Source: Octopus bimaculoides
Taxonomy: Eukaryota
Length of the DNA: 64,000 nucleotides
Direction: 5' to 3'
Assembly: GCF_001194135.2 (NCBI RefSeq)
Contig: NC_069004.1
Location: 33,546,898 to 33,610,897 of the forward strand
The notes beneath the pieces are model-generated. The model saw nothing but the letters and a program-made list of their open reading frames with translations. It did no database searches and was not told the origin of the DNA. A program made the position numbers and the translations under genes. Position 1 is the stretch's first letter. Each line of letters starts with the position of its first letter. Of this stretch, positions 63,665-64,000 are shown one piece after another.

Positions 63665-63995
63665 ATTAGATTAGATGGCACTCCGTCGGTTACGACGACG
63701 AGGGTTCCAGTTGATCCGATCAACGGAACAGCCTACTCATGAAATTAACGTGCAAGTGGCTGAGCACTCCACAGACATGTGTACCCTTAACGTAACTCTC
63801 GGGGATATTTAGTGTGACAAGGCTGGCCCTTTGAATTACAGGCACAACAGAAACAGGAAGTAAGAGTGAGAGAAAGTTGTGGTGGAAGAGTACAGCAGGG
63901 TTCGCCACCATCCCCTGCCGGAGCCTCGTGGGGCTTTAGGTGTTTTCGCTCAATAAACACTCACAACGCCCGGTCTGGGAATCGAAACTGCGAGT
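63665..63995 (-). mobile_element. SINE family C
   Basis: Shares gttccagttgatccgatcaacggaacagcc...ctccacagaca with 2310-2480, 14480-14620, 47045-47100, 49850-50130. Confidence 0.7.
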
Positions 63996-64000
63996 CCGCT

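Overview
AT-rich, microsatellite- and SINE-dense animal DNA with eight N gaps. The repeat landscape suggests an octopus genome, but that is inference. Three spliced genes were rebuilt by hand from splice sites and reading phase. (1) A + strand S1 (chymotrypsin-fold) serine peptidase at 1809-6157, whose signal-peptide exon was not found. (2) A - strand Mis18 (Yippee/Mis18 domain) centromere-licensing gene at 18341-10287. (3) A + strand TTLL15-like ATP-grasp ligase at 45730-59402, with an N-terminal signal anchor and a Cys-rich tail; one exon probably lies in a gap and one intron has a phase conflict. The rest is transposon debris (R4/Dong, RTE, mariner, maT, LTR, Penelope-like ends, SINEs, palindromic MITEs) and satellites. 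The best leads are the apparently secretory-pathway TTL-family ligase and the minimal Penelope-type hammerhead ribozymes, two of which lie in sense inside Mis18 introns.
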